A DNA stretch of 64,000 nucleotides from an uncultured Pseudomonadota bacterium (GCA_963819375.1 CAWFVU010000007.1:706768-770767); one strand, 5' to 3'. Counted from the first letter of the stretch, positions 1 to 10,837 are shown. The notes: generated by a model from the letters alone, not told the origin. Translations and numbers: made by a program.

Positions 1-129
1 GCTGTGGCCCCCGGTCGCCGACGCCGAGGACCCTTGACCGCCGCAACCGACCGCCAGCACGACGGCGGCGAGGCCAAGCGGAAAGGTTGGACGCCGAACA
101 TCGACGCAGGCAGGTCTATCCGGGCGCAC
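1..129 (-). CDS. putative lipoprotein, N-terminal fragment running off the left edge
   Basis: Not in the ORF track. GTG at 129 opens a frame reading VRPDRPACVDVRRPTFPLGLAAVVLAVGCGGQGSSASATGGHS: basic n-region, hydrophobic core, lipobox AVGC. Only 43 codons lie in the window. Confidence 0.35.
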   Translation of the reverse strand, partial: MRPDRPACVDVRRPTFPLGLAAVVLAVGCGGQGSSASATGGHS

Positions 130-278
130 GCTGGACATTGCTGGTCCTCCATCGGGTACAGTGGCGGCGCCGCGGGAGAAGGTTAGGAAAAATTCGCAGG
201 CGCGATCTGACACGTCCGGTCGACTCGGAGCTAACCGGCGCGTGAGAGGAGGCCACAAAGGTTCCAGGAGGGAGCCTC

Positions 279-656
279 ATGAGTGTCCTCACAGGCGAGC
301 GGACGCCGAGCGACCACGACCGGGCCAGCGACGACCGACGAGCGGGGCGCATCGTTCTCGAGGTCCCCGTCCGACTTCACGGCGGCGTCGGATCATGGGC
401 CGGGGTGACGAAGAACATTTGTGCCGGCGGCGTCTTCGTGGCGACGCTTCGGTCATTCTCCGTCGGAGAGCGCGTCGCCATCCGACTCACAATTCCGGGC
501 GACGCGGAGCCGGTCGAGGCCCTGGCGGAGGTTCGTTGGTGTCGCCCGCTTCAGGAGCTCGACGACCGGCCAGTCGGCCTCGGACTGCGGTTCATCGACA
601 CGCCGCTCCGCGCGGCGCGCATGGAGCGGATCGTCCGACGCACCACCTCTCAGTGA
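279..656 (+). CDS. PilZ domain protein
   Basis: ORF 279..656. GGAGGG lies 7 nt upstream of the ATG. PilZ-type motifs RRAGR (RxxxR) and NICAGG (D/NxSxxG-like), followed by a beta-barrel-like segment. Confidence 0.8.
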   Translation: MSVLTGERTPSDHDRASDDRRAGRIVLEVPVRLHGGVGSWAGVTKNICAGGVFVATLRSFSVGERVAIRLTIPGDAEPVEALAEVRWCRPLQELDDRPVGLGLRFIDTPLRAARMERIVRRTTSQ

Positions 657-1549
657 ACGCGGCCCTGCCAGACGTCGTCGGTCCGGAGCTCGGCCAACGG
701 GAACAGCGAGCGGGCCTTTTCCGCCAGCGCGCGCGTGGACGGATCGTCCTTGGGCCCGCTGCCGAGGATGACCAGATAGCCCCGGGCCTCGGCGTCGAAG
801 AACCGGTCGGCCACGTCGACGCTGACGTAGCTGCCGTCGTCCTGCCGGCCGCGCGACACGAAACAGGGATACGCCCGCGCATTGGCCTTGCAGTCGGCCG
901 GGGAAAACGTGAGGCGTCCGTAACCATCCGGACGGGCGCGCCGCAGATCGAGCTTGAGCCCCAGGCGACGCGCGGCCGTGCGCGCAACCAGGTGTGCCTC
1001 CGTGTACGAGGCGATGGCCGGCAAGACGACGAAGTCCTTCTCGACCATCTCCGCGTTGCGGGGAGCGATGGTCGGCAACGGTCCGGATCCGACCTTCGAC
1101 CTGATGGTCCACGGACACCCGGGCTTTCCCCCCTGGGCATGCAGCGAGATCTGGATCCATCCAGCCCGCAGTCCGGAGACCTGGATCCGGTTGGCGCACA
1201 CGTCTGGTGGCGGCGCGTCCGGGGCTCCGCTCGCCAGGCTGTGGTTGTTCAGCTGGACGGAGAAGGAGCCGCCCGGGACCGGGAAGCACTTGAGCTCCTT
1301 GGACATCACCGATCCGAGCTCCTGCGGCGGTCCGCCGCCCTGAGTGACGGTGACGTACGTCGGGAGGACCTTCGCCGCCCGGCTCCCGCCCAACCGATGC
1401 ACGCACATTTGCGGCGGAGAGGCGGACCGTTGCGACTTCGCGGGCGCCGTGGACTCGAGCGACGCAACCGACGGTGGAGCTCCGGCGGTCGGTTCTACCG
1501 AGACCGCCGCGAGCAGCGCGACGGTCCAGCAGACGACCGGCACGATCAT
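650..1549 (-). CDS. secreted hypothetical protein
   Basis: ORF 650..1549. Signal-like N-terminus MIVPVVCWTVALLAAVSV. Its ATG overlaps the stop of the upstream oxidase gene (ATGA at 1546-1549). No family recognised. Confidence 0.6.
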   Translation of the reverse strand: MIVPVVCWTVALLAAVSVEPTAGAPPSVASLESTAPAKSQRSASPPQMCVHRLGGSRAAKVLPTYVTVTQGGGPPQELGSVMSKELKCFPVPGGSFSVQLNNHSLASGAPDAPPPDVCANRIQVSGLRAGWIQISLHAQGGKPGCPWTIRSKVGSGPLPTIAPRNAEMVEKDFVVLPAIASYTEAHLVARTAARRLGLKLDLRRARPDGYGRLTFSPADCKANARAYPCFVSRGRQDDGSYVSVDVADRFFDAEARGYLVILGSGPKDDPSTRALAEKARSLFPLAELRTDDVWQGRVH

Positions 1550-2998
1550 GGGCGCGCGCCGCCCGGGGCCGCGGGGACGAGGCCCACCCGGCGTCCGAGG
1601 TCGGAGGTGAAGACGCCGTCCGGGTCGTACTTGGCCTTGATCGCCAGCCAGCGGTCGAGGGCCGGGTACATGGCGCGAAAGGTCGCCGCCTCGAGATACG
1701 AGTCCTTGCCCAAATAGATGCGGCCGCCGGCGGCGAGCACCATCGCGTCGAGCCGCCGCAGGAGCGCCACCGTGCTGGCGCGGATCGGGAAGTCGATGGC
1801 CAGCGTGTAGCCCTCGCGGGGGAATGACAGCACGCCGCCGCTCTCCTTGCCGAACCGCTTGAGCACGTTGAGAAACGGTAACTCACCGGCCGAGAGGATC
1901 GCGCCCAGGATCTCGCGCATGCGCGGCAGGCCGTCGTCGAAGGGGATGACGAACTGGTACTGCGCGAAGCCGCGCCGGCCATAAAGCCGCGGTTCCATTG
2001 GGCGAACATGTCGAGTGGATAGAAGAACCCCTCGTAGTGGCCGACGGGCCGGCGCACCCGCCTGCGTGCGCTGGATGAAGGCGTTCGCCGCGCGGATGCT
2101 GAGCCGGTTCAGTGTCAGCTCGGGGAGCACGAAGGGGACCGTCACCTTGGGCGGCCCGGAGACGCGCAACGGGTCGGCGGCAGGGCCGGGCGGCAGCTCG
2201 TCCCGCCGCGCGTGATCGCCGACCGTGATCACCCCGCGCCCGAGCCGCGCCCCAGTCGCCAGGACGTCGATGGTCGCCACCGAGTAAGGGAAGGTCTTGT
2301 CCTGCTCGTCGAGCGCCGCCAACATCTCGGCCGAGATCGCCGACCTTGATGGAACGCTGTCGAAAGTAGGTGGTCTCGATCCGGCGCAGGCGGAGGGTCG
2401 CGGTCAGCACGACGCCGAGAAGCCCCATCCCGCCGAACGTCCCCCAGAAAAGATCGCTGTTGGTCTCGCGCGTGGCGGTGACGACCGCGCCGCTGGCCAG
2501 CAACACCGTCAGCGCGTCGACCGAGGCGCTGAAGCACCCCTGGACGTGGTGCGCCTTGCCGTGCACGTCGTTGGCGATGCAGCCACCGACGGTGACGAAT
2601 TTGGTCCCGGGCGTGATCATCGGGAACCAGCCGCGCGGCGCGAAGCTGCGGATGATCTCGTCGAGGCTCACCCCGGCCTCGCAGGTCAAGGTGCCGGTCG
2701 CCTCGTCGAAGGCGAGGAAGCGATCGAGCTTGCGCAGCCCCAGCACCTGGCCGCCGCCGTTGAGCGCGGCGTCGCCGTAGCTGCGCCCGAGGCCGCGCGC
2801 CACCGTCCCGGCGCGATCGAGGCAGGCCCTCGCCTCGCCCGGAAGCTCGGGCTCTGCCAGCAGACAGTCGGCGCGCAGGTTGTTGCCCCACCCTGCCAGC
2901 GAGGTCGGTGCAGGGCGTGGGCGGCCACGAACCGCCGCGGGGACGCTCGGCGTCGCTTCGCCGGAATGTTTCGGCAGGATGCTGGTCAGCTGGGCCAT
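1546..2998 (-). pseudogene. FAD-binding oxidoreductase (FAD_binding_4, DprE1/alditol-oxidase-like), three frame breaks as sequenced
   Basis: ATG at 2998 (MAQLTS...). N-terminal part lies in the frame of ORF 1883..3154 (GRSYGDAALN, VTVGGCIANDVHGK). It continues in ORF 1546..2325 (FPYSVATIDVL) and briefly in ORF 453..2057 (GHYEGFFYPLDMFAQWNR). It then returns to LYGRRGFAQYQFVIPFDD and runs to the stop at 1546. Breaks near 2335, 2050 and 1995. Confidence 0.8.
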
Positions 2999-3074
2999 GC
3001 TCGCTCGCGGGGACGCTTCTCGTTGGATGTTAGCAGCCGGCGCCGGTGGGCGGGCGGATCTTGTCCATGCGGCA

Positions 3075-3764
3075 TCAAAGCTCGATCCCGAGCCCGACGT
3101 TGAAGGATGTCGCCCAATCGACCGAGGTGTCGAACGCAAAGCGGAGGCCGACATAGAGTCCCACGGGGCCGATGCTCAGGAGACCGCCCGTCGATGCAGA
3201 GCCGCTGAGCCGGTCCGCGTGCGCGAAGATCTCGGCGCCGCAATGCTTGCCGCAGGGATGCTCGGTGTAGACGGATGAAAGGCCCAGGCCGGCGCTGGCG
3301 CGCCAGGATGCAGCGATGAGCCCACGCGGACCGAACAGCAACGGCGCCGTCCGCCAGAGAAGCTGGGGCTCGATCAAGGCGTACGAGTTCTCGAGGAGAG
3401 AGACGGCGAACGGCATGTAGAAACCGCGCGTCACACGGAGGCCGACCCCAATCTGGGGGTGGACCCAACCTTCCCCTTCGAAGCCGTACGCCACGGCGAG
3501 CGCCGCCTGGCAATCTCCCGCCTCCCCCAAAGAGGGAACGGCCGCCATCGTGACCTCCCCGGCCCCGACCTCGCCCACCAGGCGAACGCCGAGCCAGGAG
3601 GGCTTCGGCTTGCTCTCCGCGGCAGCGGACGGTCCAGGTGAGGCGGCCGGGTCGGCGCCAGCCGCTTGGCAGGACGAGGCCGCCGGCAGCTCGACGACCG
3701 CCAGGACAGCGAACGTGCAAAGGCAAGCGAAGCCGCGTCCAGGGGCCGTCAGCACCGCCATCAA
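3075..3764 (-). CDS. secreted, possibly outer-membrane, hypothetical protein
   Basis: ORF 3075..3764. Signal peptide MMAVLTAPGRGFACLCTFAVLAVV. Gly/aromatic-rich alternating pattern in the C-terminal half (VGLYVGLRFAFDTSVDWATSFNVGLGIEL). No family recognised. Confidence 0.6.
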   Translation of the reverse strand: MMAVLTAPGRGFACLCTFAVLAVVELPAASSCQAAGADPAASPGPSAAAESKPKPSWLGVRLVGEVGAGEVTMAAVPSLGEAGDCQAALAVAYGFEGEGWVHPQIGVGLRVTRGFYMPFAVSLLENSYALIEPQLLWRTAPLLFGPRGLIAASWRASAGLGLSSVYTEHPCGKHCGAEIFAHADRLSGSASTGGLLSIGPVGLYVGLRFAFDTSVDWATSFNVGLGIEL

Positions 3765-3850
3765 GCTACGCGAAGGCCGGCGCGCCGGTCCAGCGGCCAG
3801 AGCTCAGCCGCGACCGGCGGACGCCGCGCTTTTCCCCGACGACGGCGCCG

Positions 3851-4267
3851 TCAAAGCGAGCTGGGAAGCTCGACCGGCGCAGGCGCCCCGCGGGACAGTG
3901 AATAGGCCTCGAGCTCCCGGCGCCCCGCCCGAAACGCGTTGCGAATGGCCACGTAGATGTCCTCGTGCGCGCCGTTGTTCGGATGATCGTGGCCGACCGT
4001 GACAACCCCGTGCGGCATCGTGAGGTCCATCCGAACCCGATAGCGCCGCTCCTTGTGGTCTTGGTCGACCGCCTCGATCACCACGCGCCCCTCGGTCATG
4101 GACGCGGTCAAGACGCCGAGCTTGGCGAGCCAGGCATGAACCTCTGCCCGCGGAGGCTCGCTCGCGGTCGTGCCCACGAAGGCAATCTGACAGTTGGCCC
4201 GCGGCGCGACCTGACGGGCAGGTGCGGGGATTTCAGTCTCGACAGTCGGTGTGGCCAGATCTTCCAA
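3851..4267 (-). CDS. HPF/RaiA-like (S30EA family) ribosome-associated protein, tentative
   Basis: ORF 3851..4267. Pattern YRVRMDLTMPHGVVTVGHDHP...HEDIYVAIRNAFRAGRRELE resembles the beta-alpha-beta-beta-beta-alpha core of sigma-54 modulation/S30EA proteins. Recognised by eye only. Confidence 0.5.
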   Translation of the reverse strand: MEDLATPTVETEIPAPARQVAPRANCQIAFVGTTASEPPRAEVHAWLAKLGVLTASMTEGRVVIEAVDQDHKERRYRVRMDLTMPHGVVTVGHDHPNNGAHEDIYVAIRNAFRAGRRELEAYSLSRGAPAPVELPSSL

Positions 4268-4424
4268 GGTGTCCTCTCAACGGGGTCCACCAGGTCGCTA
4301 TGCTGGCCCATCACCCGGACGGCCACTCCGTGACGGCCCTTCCGGTGGAAAGACAGTACGCGACAGTGCTGTCCTTGGCAACGAACACGCGCTTCCGAGC
4401 TGCTCGCGCTGGCTGCTCCGGCGG

Positions 4425-4865
4425 CTATGAGTGCTCGACCGCCTTCTTGACGCCCTCGAGCATCATCGCCCAGTTTCGCTGCGACTCGTCGCGGGCTTCC
4501 TTGGTCTTGTTGTTGTTCTGAGACAGATCGAGGCGGACTTGGTCCTCCTGGTCCTCTTGCTTCGAAAGCTCGATGGTGACCTGGTGGTAGTTCTCGGGCT
4601 TGTCGGGCGCTCCGGAGAGAGGACTGAAGTGGCTGTACCGCAGCCGCTCCTCCGGTCGAAGCTCGAGAATGCGGCCTTTGTCCTCGAACGGTTTGCCCTT
4701 CCATTCGCCCTTCCAGACGATGGGGCTCCCTTCCTTCCAGTCGGACACCGCGGTCGCGCCGAACATGTAGCGCTTGATGACCTGCGGATTGACCAGGGCG
4801 TCCCACACCTTTGCGATCGGCGCGTGAATCGTGACGTTGGCCTTGGCGGTGAGATCCTCGTTCAT
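4425..4865 (-). CDS. SRPBCC / AHSA1 (Aha1-like) domain protein
   Basis: ORF 4425..4865. Typical SRPBCC start (VTIHAPIAKVWDALVNPQVIKRYMFG...) and RLRYSHFSP segment. AGGAGG sits ahead of the ATG. Confidence 0.85.
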   Translation of the reverse strand: MNEDLTAKANVTIHAPIAKVWDALVNPQVIKRYMFGATAVSDWKEGSPIVWKGEWKGKPFEDKGRILELRPEERLRYSHFSPLSGAPDKPENYHQVTIELSKQEDQEDQVRLDLSQNNNKTKEARDESQRNWAMMLEGVKKAVEHS

Positions 4866-5074
4866 GGTCCCCTCCTTGGCTGATCCCTATTCATCGTTGT
4901 GCTGATGATCCAGGGCGGACTGGCGACGACTCGCCGCGAAGCTGAACCATCCCGAAGGGCTCCCCAGGAAACAAGGCCCGCGTGATCGCGCTCGCACGGC
5001 CGTAACCTTTGGTACGCGGAGTTGTTGCGACTCCGTCGCCGCGCGCCCCGCGCCCGACTTGCATACTGCGCGGC

Positions 5075-6607
5075 ATGCTGACACGGCGGACATTCCTTCG
5101 GTTGACTGGCGCCTCGGGTCTCGCGATCACCGGAGCGGAGTTTCTGGCACGAACGGCGGCGCGCGCCGCGCCAGCGACCTTTCCGCATGGCTCGAACGGC
5201 ATCGAGCACGTCGTCATCCTGATGATGGAGAACAGGTCGTTCGACCATCTCCTCAGCTGGCTGCCGGGCGCCGACGGCCGTCGCGACATGATCTACCAGG
5301 CGACCGACGGCCACTTCTATCCCAACTATCCGTTGGCGCCCGACTTCCAGGGCTGCGGCTACAGCGATCCCGACCATAGCTGGGAGGGGTTTCTGGTCCA
5401 AAACAATTTCGGCGGCGTCGGAAAGATGGACGGATTCCTGCAGCGACCGACGGCCCCGGCCGACAACCCCGGCGTGACGCTGGCAAAGGCCAACACCTTC
5501 CCCATCGGCTACTACACGAACCGCCACCACGACGGCACGCGCAAGCCAATCCCCGATCTGCCGGTCATCGGCGCCCTGGCCGAGAACTACACCGTGCTCG
5601 ATCGGTACTTCTGCTCGTTCGCCGGCGAGACCTTCCCCAACCGCTTCTACCAGCACGCCGCGCGCACCGACCGCGACCACAACACCGAGACGATCTCCAC
5701 GCTGCCGACGATCTGGGACCAGCTGTCGCCGATCCCCAACACGCTGGGGATCCCGACGGGGGGCTACTTCTTCCGCGACCTGCCGTTTCAGGCGCTCTGG
5801 GGGACGAAGTACTTTCCGTTCTGGCATCCGTTCGCTGCCGGCGACACCGACGCGCTCGGCATTCCGGTGACGACGCCGTCGTTCATCGACACCGTGGCGG
5901 CGGGCAATCTCCCCAACGTCAGCTTCATCGACCCCGCCTTCGACACCGAGGGGAACGGGACCTCGGCCGACGACCACCCGCTGGCGGACATCCGCCTCGG
6001 CGAGCGATTCATCGCCGACGCCTACCACGCGCTGGCCAGCGCCGGATACCTCGACAAGACGGTCTTCATCGTGACCTTCGACGAGTGGGGCGGCTTCTTC
6101 GACCACGTGCCGCCGCCACAGGTCATCGACGACACCGATCCGGCCAGCGTCGACCACACCGGTGACGACACGACGCCGACCGACGGCCGGCTGACGCCCG
6201 ACTACAAGCAACTCGGGATGCGGGTGCCGGCCATCGTCGTGTCCAACCTCGCTCCGGCCCGCGTCATCCATCAAGGGCCGTTCGACCACACCTCGTCGTT
6301 GAAGCTGATCGAGTCGACCTTCGGGCTGCAGCCGCTCACCGCGCGCGACGCCAACGCCCAGAACCTCGGCGACGTCCTCGAGCGCCACCCGCATCATCGC
6401 GCCGCCGCCGGCGCGATCCCGACCAGCAGCGAGGTTCCCGGACCGGCCAACGACGCGGCCGCCGTCTGCAGCGCCGCCAGCGTTCAGTCCGTCGCGCCGG
6501 CCCCGGTGCGTTTCGGCAGGTCGCCGGTCGACCGTCCCGTGTTCCCGCGCTCTGGTTGGCCGACGGGCTCGGGAATGGCCGGTTTCGGCCGCAAGAACTG
6601 GAAGTAG
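5075..6607 (+). CDS. phosphoesterase family protein (phospholipase C / acid phosphatase type) with Tat signal
   Basis: Within ORF 5009..6607. ATG at 5075 gives MLTRRTFLRLTGASGLAITGAEFL (twin-arginine motif), then VVILMMENRSFDHLLSWLPG and FIVTFDEWGGFFDHVPPP, hallmarks of PF04185-type phosphoesterases. Confidence 0.85.
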   Translation: MLTRRTFLRLTGASGLAITGAEFLARTAARAAPATFPHGSNGIEHVVILMMENRSFDHLLSWLPGADGRRDMIYQATDGHFYPNYPLAPDFQGCGYSDPDHSWEGFLVQNNFGGVGKMDGFLQRPTAPADNPGVTLAKANTFPIGYYTNRHHDGTRKPIPDLPVIGALAENYTVLDRYFCSFAGETFPNRFYQHAARTDRDHNTETISTLPTIWDQLSPIPNTLGIPTGGYFFRDLPFQALWGTKYFPFWHPFAAGDTDALGIPVTTPSFIDTVAAGNLPNVSFIDPAFDTEGNGTSADDHPLADIRLGERFIADAYHALASAGYLDKTVFIVTFDEWGGFFDHVPPPQVIDDTDPASVDHTGDDTTPTDGRLTPDYKQLGMRVPAIVVSNLAPARVIHQGPFDHTSSLKLIESTFGLQPLTARDANAQNLGDVLERHPHHRAAAGAIPTSSEVPGPANDAAAVCSAASVQSVAPAPVRFGRSPVDRPVFPRSGWPTGSGMAGFGRKNWK

Positions 6608-6653
6608 CTTCCTTCGTCGCCCACTGCGTCGCTCCGTTCCGCGGGGAGCCTCG

Positions 6654-7376
6654 CTAGAGCTTCCCGGTCGAAATGAGGAGGCCGCGCGAGGCGAACCCGA
6701 CGCTGCGATCCAGCGTCGTCAGGTAGGTGCGCTCGATCGGACCGACGCTGCGCAGGTGCCACAGGACCTCGCCGTTGGTCCAGGCCGCCTGACGCGCGGC
6801 CGCGACGCTCCAGGTCGCCACCACGTCGTCGACGCCATGGAACTCGGCGTCGAGCTTGCGCGCGAGACCGTCGAGATAGAGGTCCTTGACCTGCTTCTCC
6901 GTCGCGGCGAGGAGGCCGTTGACCCGTTCGAAGTCGGCGTACTGGGCGCTCTGTTCGTTGGGGGCGCCACCGGCTGCCGCGAAGATGTCGACCAGCGCCA
7001 CCGGCAGATCGCGGTTGATGTGCGCGTTCATGCCGGCGAGCGCAAATTGGATCGGTGCGATCGCAGTGCTCGCCCGGGCCTCGAAGAGAGGCGACCAGGC
7101 GTGCGGCGTCTCGGGCGAGCCCGCCTCGAACGCGCTCAGCGCGGCAAAGAAGAGGTTGGCGAAGGCGACGTCCAGCCTGGTCAGGAAGCCCGGATCGGCG
7201 AAGGTCGTCTGGCCCACGGCCACCTGCACGCTCTTCGTGACCTCGAGGTACAGCTTGTTGAAGCAGGAGATCCCGTCCGTGGGCAGCAGCGCCTCGTCGA
7301 TCGCGGTCATCCTGGCCACGACGTCCTCGATGCTGCCGACCGGCGTCTGCGCCAAGATGGGACCGAGCACGCTCAC
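6654..7376 (-). CDS. DUF5995-like protein
   Basis: ORF 6654..7376. The FALAGMNAHINRDLPVAL motif and overall length match my memory of the DUF5995 family. Confidence 0.7.
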   Translation of the reverse strand: MSVLGPILAQTPVGSIEDVVARMTAIDEALLPTDGISCFNKLYLEVTKSVQVAVGQTTFADPGFLTRLDVAFANLFFAALSAFEAGSPETPHAWSPLFEARASTAIAPIQFALAGMNAHINRDLPVALVDIFAAAGGAPNEQSAQYADFERVNGLLAATEKQVKDLYLDGLARKLDAEFHGVDDVVATWSVAAARQAAWTNGEVLWHLRSVGPIERTYLTTLDRSVGFASRGLLISTGKL

Positions 7377-7482
7377 GCCGCGAGGATATCAGAACCACGC
7401 GCGCATCCTTCAACCCGCCCGGCGGCTCGGGAGGCGGTGGACACCTGCATCCGAGTGACCGAAAAACGGAGGGCGACCCACG

Positions 7483-7935
7483 TTGGCAGCCGGCGGAATC
7501 CGCCGTAGCCTCAGCTCCGTGACCACAGAAATCGCCGCGCCGCTGCCGCCGCCCACGACGTTTTTCCGGCGGCACCGCTGGAAGATCATCCTGTTCGGCT
7601 TGCTCACCGTGGCGGTGGCGGCGGGCTCGCTCTGGACCCTCGTCACGCTCACCTTCAGCTACTCGGACGGTGATCGGGTCGGCTACGTCCAGAAGTTTTC
7701 GCACCGCGGCTGGCTCTGCCGGACCTGGGAAGGGGAGCTGGCGATGACGCCGGTGCCGGGAGCCACGCCGACGATCTTTTCGTTCACCGTGCGGGACGAC
7801 GACACCGTGAAGCGAATCAAAGACGCCGAGGGGAAGCGCATCGCCCTGCACTACAAGGAGAAGCGTGGCATCCCGAGCTCCTGTTTCGGCGACACCAACT
7901 ACTTCATCTCCGACGTTCGGGTCCTCGGTCCTTGA
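7483..7935 (+). CDS. membrane-anchored hypothetical protein
   Basis: ORF 7483..7935 with TTG start and GGAGGG 9 nt upstream (alternative GTG at 7519). One TM helix (WKIILFGLLTVAVAAGSLWTLVTL) followed by a soluble domain. No family recognised. Confidence 0.55.
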   Translation: MAAGGIRRSLSSVTTEIAAPLPPPTTFFRRHRWKIILFGLLTVAVAAGSLWTLVTLTFSYSDGDRVGYVQKFSHRGWLCRTWEGELAMTPVPGATPTIFSFTVRDDDTVKRIKDAEGKRIALHYKEKRGIPSSCFGDTNYFISDVRVLGP

Positions 7936-7945
7936 CGCGAACGCG

Positions 7946-8437
7946 ATGATCTCTCTCGACGCGGCGGGGGCAGCCGAGCGGACCGTGCTGGAGAACCTCT
8001 TCCAGCTCTACGCCTATGACTGGAGCGAGCTCGGCCGGTTGGATCTCGGCCGCGACGGGCGCTTCGCCGCCCCTTCGCTCGAGGCGTACTGGCACGACGA
8101 CGATCGCCACCCCTTCCTGATCCGGGTCGACGGTCGGCTCGCCGGCTTCGTGCTCGTCGCCGCGCAGAGCCGCCTCACGGGAGCGGCCGGCGTGTTCGAC
8201 ATGGCGGAGTTCTTCGTCATGAGGAAGTACCGGCGCCGCGGGGTCGGGTTCGCCGCGGCGTCCGCGGCGTTCGATCGATTCACCGGTCGGTGGGAGATCC
8301 GACAGCGCGACGAGAACGTGGCAGCGACCGCGTTCTGGCGGCGGGTCATCGCCCGCTACACCGACGGCAGCTATGAGGAGGCCCACTGCGACGACGCGAC
8401 CTGGGTCGGTCCCGTCCAGACCTTCACGAGCGGCTAG
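7946..8437 (+). CDS. GNAT family N-acetyltransferase
   Basis: Within ORF 7865..8437, with ATG at 7946 (MISLD...). Acetyl-CoA binding segment FFVMRKYRRRGVGFAAA (Q/RxxGxG/A). Confidence 0.75.
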   Translation: MISLDAAGAAERTVLENLFQLYAYDWSELGRLDLGRDGRFAAPSLEAYWHDDDRHPFLIRVDGRLAGFVLVAAQSRLTGAAGVFDMAEFFVMRKYRRRGVGFAAASAAFDRFTGRWEIRQRDENVAATAFWRRVIARYTDGSYEEAHCDDATWVGPVQTFTSG

Positions 8438-8482
8438 GTGTGATCTCCCACGAGGTTGTCCCGTCGTAGCTGCTCGAGCGTC

Positions 8483-10837
8483 TCAGCTGGTCTTGCCGAG
8501 CAGCGCGTCGACCAGCCGGGTGAGCCTTTCGGCGTCGACCGGCTTCACCAGGTGTGCCGCGAACCCCGCCTCCGCGCTGCGGCGCTGGTCCTGCTCCTGG
8601 CCGTAGCCGGTGAGGGCGATGAGCTCGGGGGCGGCGCCCCCCATCCGGGCGCGCAGCTCACGTCCGAGCGTGTAGCCGTCCATCACCGGCAGTCCGATGT
8701 CGATGACGGCGACGTGAGGACGCACCACCAGCGCCGCCGACAGCGCCTGCGACGCGTCGCCGGCGAGCTGCACCTCGTACCCGACCTCCGACAAGAACCT
8801 CCCCATCGTCGACGCCGCGTCGCGATTGTCGTCGACGACGAGGATCCGATGTCCGCAGCCGGCGGAGATCTCCCGCTTGCGCCGCACGGGGACATCCGCC
8901 AGCCCGTCAGGCGGCGCCGACACCGGCAGCCGCAACGTGAACTCGCTCCCCTGGCCTACGCCGGCGCTGTGGGCGCTGACGGTGCCGCCGTGAAGGGTGG
9001 TCAGCGTCCGCACCAGGGAGAGCCCCAACCCGAGCCCCCCTTGGGTGCGGTCAGAGCCGCGTGCGTCCTGCACGAACATCTCGAACAGGCGCGGCAGCAG
9101 TGTCGGGGCGATGCCGGCGCCGTTGTCGCGAACCCGCAGGACGACCTCCTCACCCTCCCGCACGCCCCTGACGTCGATGCGTCCGTTGGCATCGGTGTAG
9201 AGCGCGGCGTTGGTCAGCAGATGGCCGATCACCTGCGCGAGGCGCACCTCGTCGGCGTCGACGGAGAGGCCCTGCGAGGGCACCGACAGATTCAGCCGGT
9301 GCCGCCGCTGCTCGAGCAGAGGCGCGGTGGCCTCGACGGCCTTGCCCACGGCGGTGGCGAGCTCCATCCGGCTCTTGCTCAGGGTGACCTTGCCGCGCGC
9401 GAGGCGCGACACGTCGAGCAGATCGTCGACCAGACGCACCAGATGCTGGGCCTGCCGCACGATGACCTCGCGTTCGTACGGCGTGGCCACGTCGCCGCGC
9501 AGCTGCATGATCTGGGCGGCGGTCAGGATGGGGGCCAGCGGGTTGCGCAGCTCGTGCGACAGCAGCGCCAGGAACTCGTCCTTCCGACGATCGGCCTCCA
9601 CCAACGCCGCCTCTGCCTGCTTGAGGCGCGTCACGTCGACGAACGCCCCCATCGAACCGCGGGGCGCGCCGGTCGGATCGCGCAGCGGAACCGCGTTGCC
9701 GTACAGGTGAACCACCTCGCCATCGTCGAAGCGGATCTCCTCCTCGTGGTTTCTCACCTCGATACCGCGCGCCGCGCGTTGCAGCGGGAGCTCCTCGGGA
9801 GGGAGCTCCACCCCGTCCGCAAAGACCTTGAAGTGTTGCGTCGGAGACGGATCGACCGCCGTCTTCGACATGTTCGTCCCTTCTACAAAGCGCAGGAGCT
9901 CCCGCCCCGTGCGGTTGCCGTGCACCTCGAGGCATTGCGGATCCTGCGCGATCCAGACGACAGCGGGCACCGCATCCATGAGGACGGTCAGCTCGTCGGC
10001 GCGCGCCCGAGCCCGCGCCTCGCTCTGTCGCAAAGCGGCCTCGGCCGCGCGGCGCTCCGTCACGTCGGTCGCGACGGTCACCAGACAGGGCTGACCGCCG
10101 AGATCGATGCGGGCGCTGACGATCGCGGCCGTGAGCGGACGCCCGTCCTTGGTTCGAAAAGGGATGTCGCCCTCGCCCCGCCCCTCCCGCCGCATCGGGG
10201 CGACGATCGCTTCGCGCTCCTCGGGCGTCCAGACGCCGAGCTCGACGGTGCTCTTTCCCAGCACCTCCTCCCGGAAAAAACCGGTCATCTTGAGGAACGC
10301 GTCGTTGACGTTCAGATAGGTCCCGTCGGTGAGGCTGGTGATCACCGTCGGCTGCGGATTGAGGTGAAAGACCGTCTCGAACCTCCCCTCCGACGCGCGC
10401 AGCGCCTCCTCCGCCCGACGGCGATCGTGCATGTCGAAGGCGGCCGCCACCCACTGCGTGATGGCACCGGCCTCGTCGCGGACAGGCGCCACGCGACAGA
10501 GGTGGAACCGATAGGCGCCCTCCCGGGTCCGGATCCGATACTCCATCTCGCCCGGGCTGGAGGTGGCGAGCGCGCGTTCAAACTGCCGCTGCATCTCGGC
10601 CCGGTCGTCGGGATGCACGGCGAGCAGCGCCCCCTTTTCGCGAAGGGACTCCTCCTCCGTGAGGCCGGTCAGCTCCACCCACCGGTCGTTCACCCACTCG
10701 AGGCGCCCCTCGGCGTCACAGGTCCAGATGATCTGCGGAAGGGCGTTGGCCAGCTTCTTTTGGTCAGCGTCCATTCTGGTAAGTCGCGATTCAGATCCGA
10801 AAGGCACGCCCCGCACCGACGAATGCGCGGACCTCAT
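8483..10837 (-). CDS. hybrid sensor histidine kinase (multiple PAS, HisKA, HATPase_c, C-terminal receiver)
   Basis: ORF 8483..10837 (alternative ATG at 10774). Several PAS/PAC repeats, H-box [16 protein letters not shown], ATPase boxes RDNGAGI and [10 protein letters not shown]. Receiver domain [10 protein letters not shown]...DIGLPVMDG...LVKP. Confidence 0.9.
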   Translation of the reverse strand: MRSAHSSVRGVPFGSESRLTRMDADQKKLANALPQIIWTCDAEGRLEWVNDRWVELTGLTEEESLREKGALLAVHPDDRAEMQRQFERALATSSPGEMEYRIRTREGAYRFHLCRVAPVRDEAGAITQWVAAAFDMHDRRRAEEALRASEGRFETVFHLNPQPTVITSLTDGTYLNVNDAFLKMTGFFREEVLGKSTVELGVWTPEEREAIVAPMRREGRGEGDIPFRTKDGRPLTAAIVSARIDLGGQPCLVTVATDVTERRAAEAALRQSEARARARADELTVLMDAVPAVVWIAQDPQCLEVHGNRTGRELLRFVEGTNMSKTAVDPSPTQHFKVFADGVELPPEELPLQRAARGIEVRNHEEEIRFDDGEVVHLYGNAVPLRDPTGAPRGSMGAFVDVTRLKQAEAALVEADRRKDEFLALLSHELRNPLAPILTAAQIMQLRGDVATPYEREVIVRQAQHLVRLVDDLLDVSRLARGKVTLSKSRMELATAVGKAVEATAPLLEQRRHRLNLSVPSQGLSVDADEVRLAQVIGHLLTNAALYTDANGRIDVRGVREGEEVVLRVRDNGAGIAPTLLPRLFEMFVQDARGSDRTQGGLGLGLSLVRTLTTLHGGTVSAHSAGVGQGSEFTLRLPVSAPPDGLADVPVRRKREISAGCGHRILVVDDNRDAASTMGRFLSEVGYEVQLAGDASQALSAALVVRPHVAVIDIGLPVMDGYTLGRELRARMGGAAPELIALTGYGQEQDQRRSAEAGFAAHLVKPVDAERLTRLVDALLGKTS

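Noticed and set aside
4862-6397. 511-aa minus-strand ORF
   Set aside because: It is antisense to the phosphoesterase gene, which has a Tat signal and clear family motifs. The peptide is low-complexity and Arg/Val/Gly-rich.
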